Source: a bacterium (lineage in GTDB: Bacteria > Zhuqueibacterota > Zhuqueibacteria > Zhuqueibacterales > Zhuqueibacteraceae). From it: 25,483 nucleotides of DNA. Shown here one piece after another: positions 24,299-25,483 of the stretch. A program made the translations under genes and the position numbers. Under the pieces are notes generated by a model. That model had not been told where the DNA came from and searched no databases. It worked only from the letters and a program-made list of their open reading frames with translations. The stretch lies in NCBI GenBank assembly GCA_044869275.1, contig JBIOXB010000103.1:1-25483 (forward strand). Reading direction: 5' to 3'. Position 1 is the stretch's first letter; every line of letters begins with the position of its first letter.

Positions 24299-25483
24299 AT
24301 GGGGATGCAGTTCCGGGGCAGAAGAGGATTCTCCCTGCTCCTGGGAATCATTAGTCTCGGATCTGTTTTTTCCTGCAGCACCTATGATCCCGCTTCTGCC
24401 AACCTCGGAAAAGGCTCTTTCCTGCCTGCCCCCGCGAAGCTTAGCGCCAAGATTGGAACTTTGTTTATTGATCTCTTCTGGCAATACAACGACCTCAGCC
24501 GCGTCAAAGAGTTTCGCATCTATCGCCGCGAGCAATCGGCGGCAACGTTCAGCCGCATCGCCTCGACCAAAGCGCTGCAATACCGTGATCAGCTCGTCTC
24601 GAGCGATTCAGTTTATTTTTATCGTGTGGCGGCCGTGAGTTCCGCGAATCTGGAAGGCCCACCTTCCGACGTCGTATCGGCCATTCCGGGCATTTATAGT
24701 ATCAAATTGTCCGGAGGTGCCAGATACACGAACCGCCAGAACGTGCTCATGGTCCTTACTGCGCCACTCAATACCACGCTCATGATGCTCGCCAACGATT
24801 CGTTGTTTAACAATGCAAGCTGGGAGAGTTTTACAGCATCGCGGGCGTGGGACCTGAGCTCCGGCGATGGGCGAAAAGTCGTGTATGCAAAATTTCGGGG
24901 TGCTGGCGGTCAAGAGAGCTCCCAGCCGGTAAAAGCGGAGATCACTCTGGACACAGCGGTGGGCATCCGGCTCGTTCAGGAGAATAGCCAAGGCCGCAGT
25001 CTGAAGCCCGGCGACAAACTGCATCTATTGCTGAACGCCGGCGAGGCGCAAGGCAAAGCCACGGCAGACATCGTCGATGCTTCCAATAGTGCCAGCGGTC
25101 GTGTGCTTGACATTCGCCTTTATGATGACGGCACCAATGGGGATCAAGCCTCAGAAGACGGAATCTATGAAACAGATTACATCATAGGACTCGGCCTGGA
25201 AGTTCTTAATGCGTATGTCTATGGCGACTTCACTGACGCGGCCGGCAATGTTGCGCCCACCACTGCAGCCTTGAGCCGTGTGACGATTCAATTACCGCCC
25301 ACGGCCGTCGTTATGTATGAACCGACGACTCTGGTCAACAATGCCACCTCTCTGAGCCTGCGCTGGACGCGGAATACGGATACCGACTTTTTTTCATATC
25401 AGGTACGACGGTCTCGTGATGCGGTCGTATCGTTGTCCTCGGTGCTCGTACAGGAATTCAATAGTGCACAAAACACCAGCCAT
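24299..25483 (+). CDS. Fibronectin type III / Ig-like multidomain lipoprotein, truncated by the window end (absent from the ORF track)
   Basis: Translated by hand: the frame is open from ATG 24248 to the end with no stop. Likely start 24299 or 24305, 'MQFRGRRGFSLLLGIISLGSVFSC' (lipobox). FN3-like 'LFWQY..FRIYRR..YFYRVAAV..EGPPS', 'GDGRKVVYAKFR', 'LYDDGTNGDQASEDGIYE', and a second FN3 'LRWTRNTDTDFFSYQVRRS'. Confidence 0.88.
   Translation, partial: MGMQFRGRRGFSLLLGIISLGSVFSCSTYDPASANLGKGSFLPAPAKLSAKIGTLFIDLFWQYNDLSRVKEFRIYRREQSAATFSRIASTKALQYRDQLVSSDSVYFYRVAAVSSANLEGPPSDVVSAIPGIYSIKLSGGARYTNRQNVLMVLTAPLNTTLMMLANDSLFNNASWESFTASRAWDLSSGDGRKVVYAKFRGAGGQESSQPVKAEITLDTAVGIRLVQENSQGRSLKPGDKLHLLLNAGEAQGKATADIVDASNSASGRVLDIRLYDDGTNGDQASEDGIYETDYIIGLGLEVLNAYVYGDFTDAAGNVAPTTAALSRVTIQLPPTAVVMYEPTTLVNNATSLSLRWTRNTDTDFFSYQVRRSRDAVVSLSSVLVQEFNSAQNTSH

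Noticed and set aside
1..25483. CRISPR arrays, tRNA/rRNA, defence or prophage genes
   Set aside because: No regularly spaced direct repeats, cloverleafs or corresponding protein motifs were seen.

Overview
Bacterial chromosomal window with no rRNA, tRNA, CRISPR array or intact transposase. The lineage is probably FCB-group (KSB1/Calditrichota/Ignavibacteria-like), inferred only from a 'QNYPNPFNPST' type IX secretion (T9SS) C-terminal tag and gene content. There are three modules. (1) 339-12258 is a mirror-symmetric signalling locus: two divergent paralogous 7TM-DISM/PAS NarX-type histidine kinases, one internally deleted kinase remnant and one NarL/UvrY-type response regulator. Each arm ends in the same promoter architecture (18-bp TGTAGTATnnATACTACA-like box, CTACA half-site, sigma70 -35/-10) in front of uncharacterised exported proteins: two lipoproteins and a Cys-rich T9SS-tagged protein. 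(2) 12589-21174 on the minus strand: an orphan sugar-binding protein, an atypical histidine kinase and a sigma54 activator, followed by a sigma54 promoter, a sodium:solute symporter and an SGNH/TPR protein. (3) 21725-end: a UpxY-type antiterminator, a priming sugar transferase, a PEGA/DUF5683-like protein and a truncated FN3 lipoprotein that is missing from the ORF track. Intergenic DNA is dense in palindromic and MITE-like elements, some of which contribute codons or stop codons to genes. The window starts with a perfect 108-bp palindrome that may be an assembly fold-back. All family calls come from motif recognition by eye; no searches were run.
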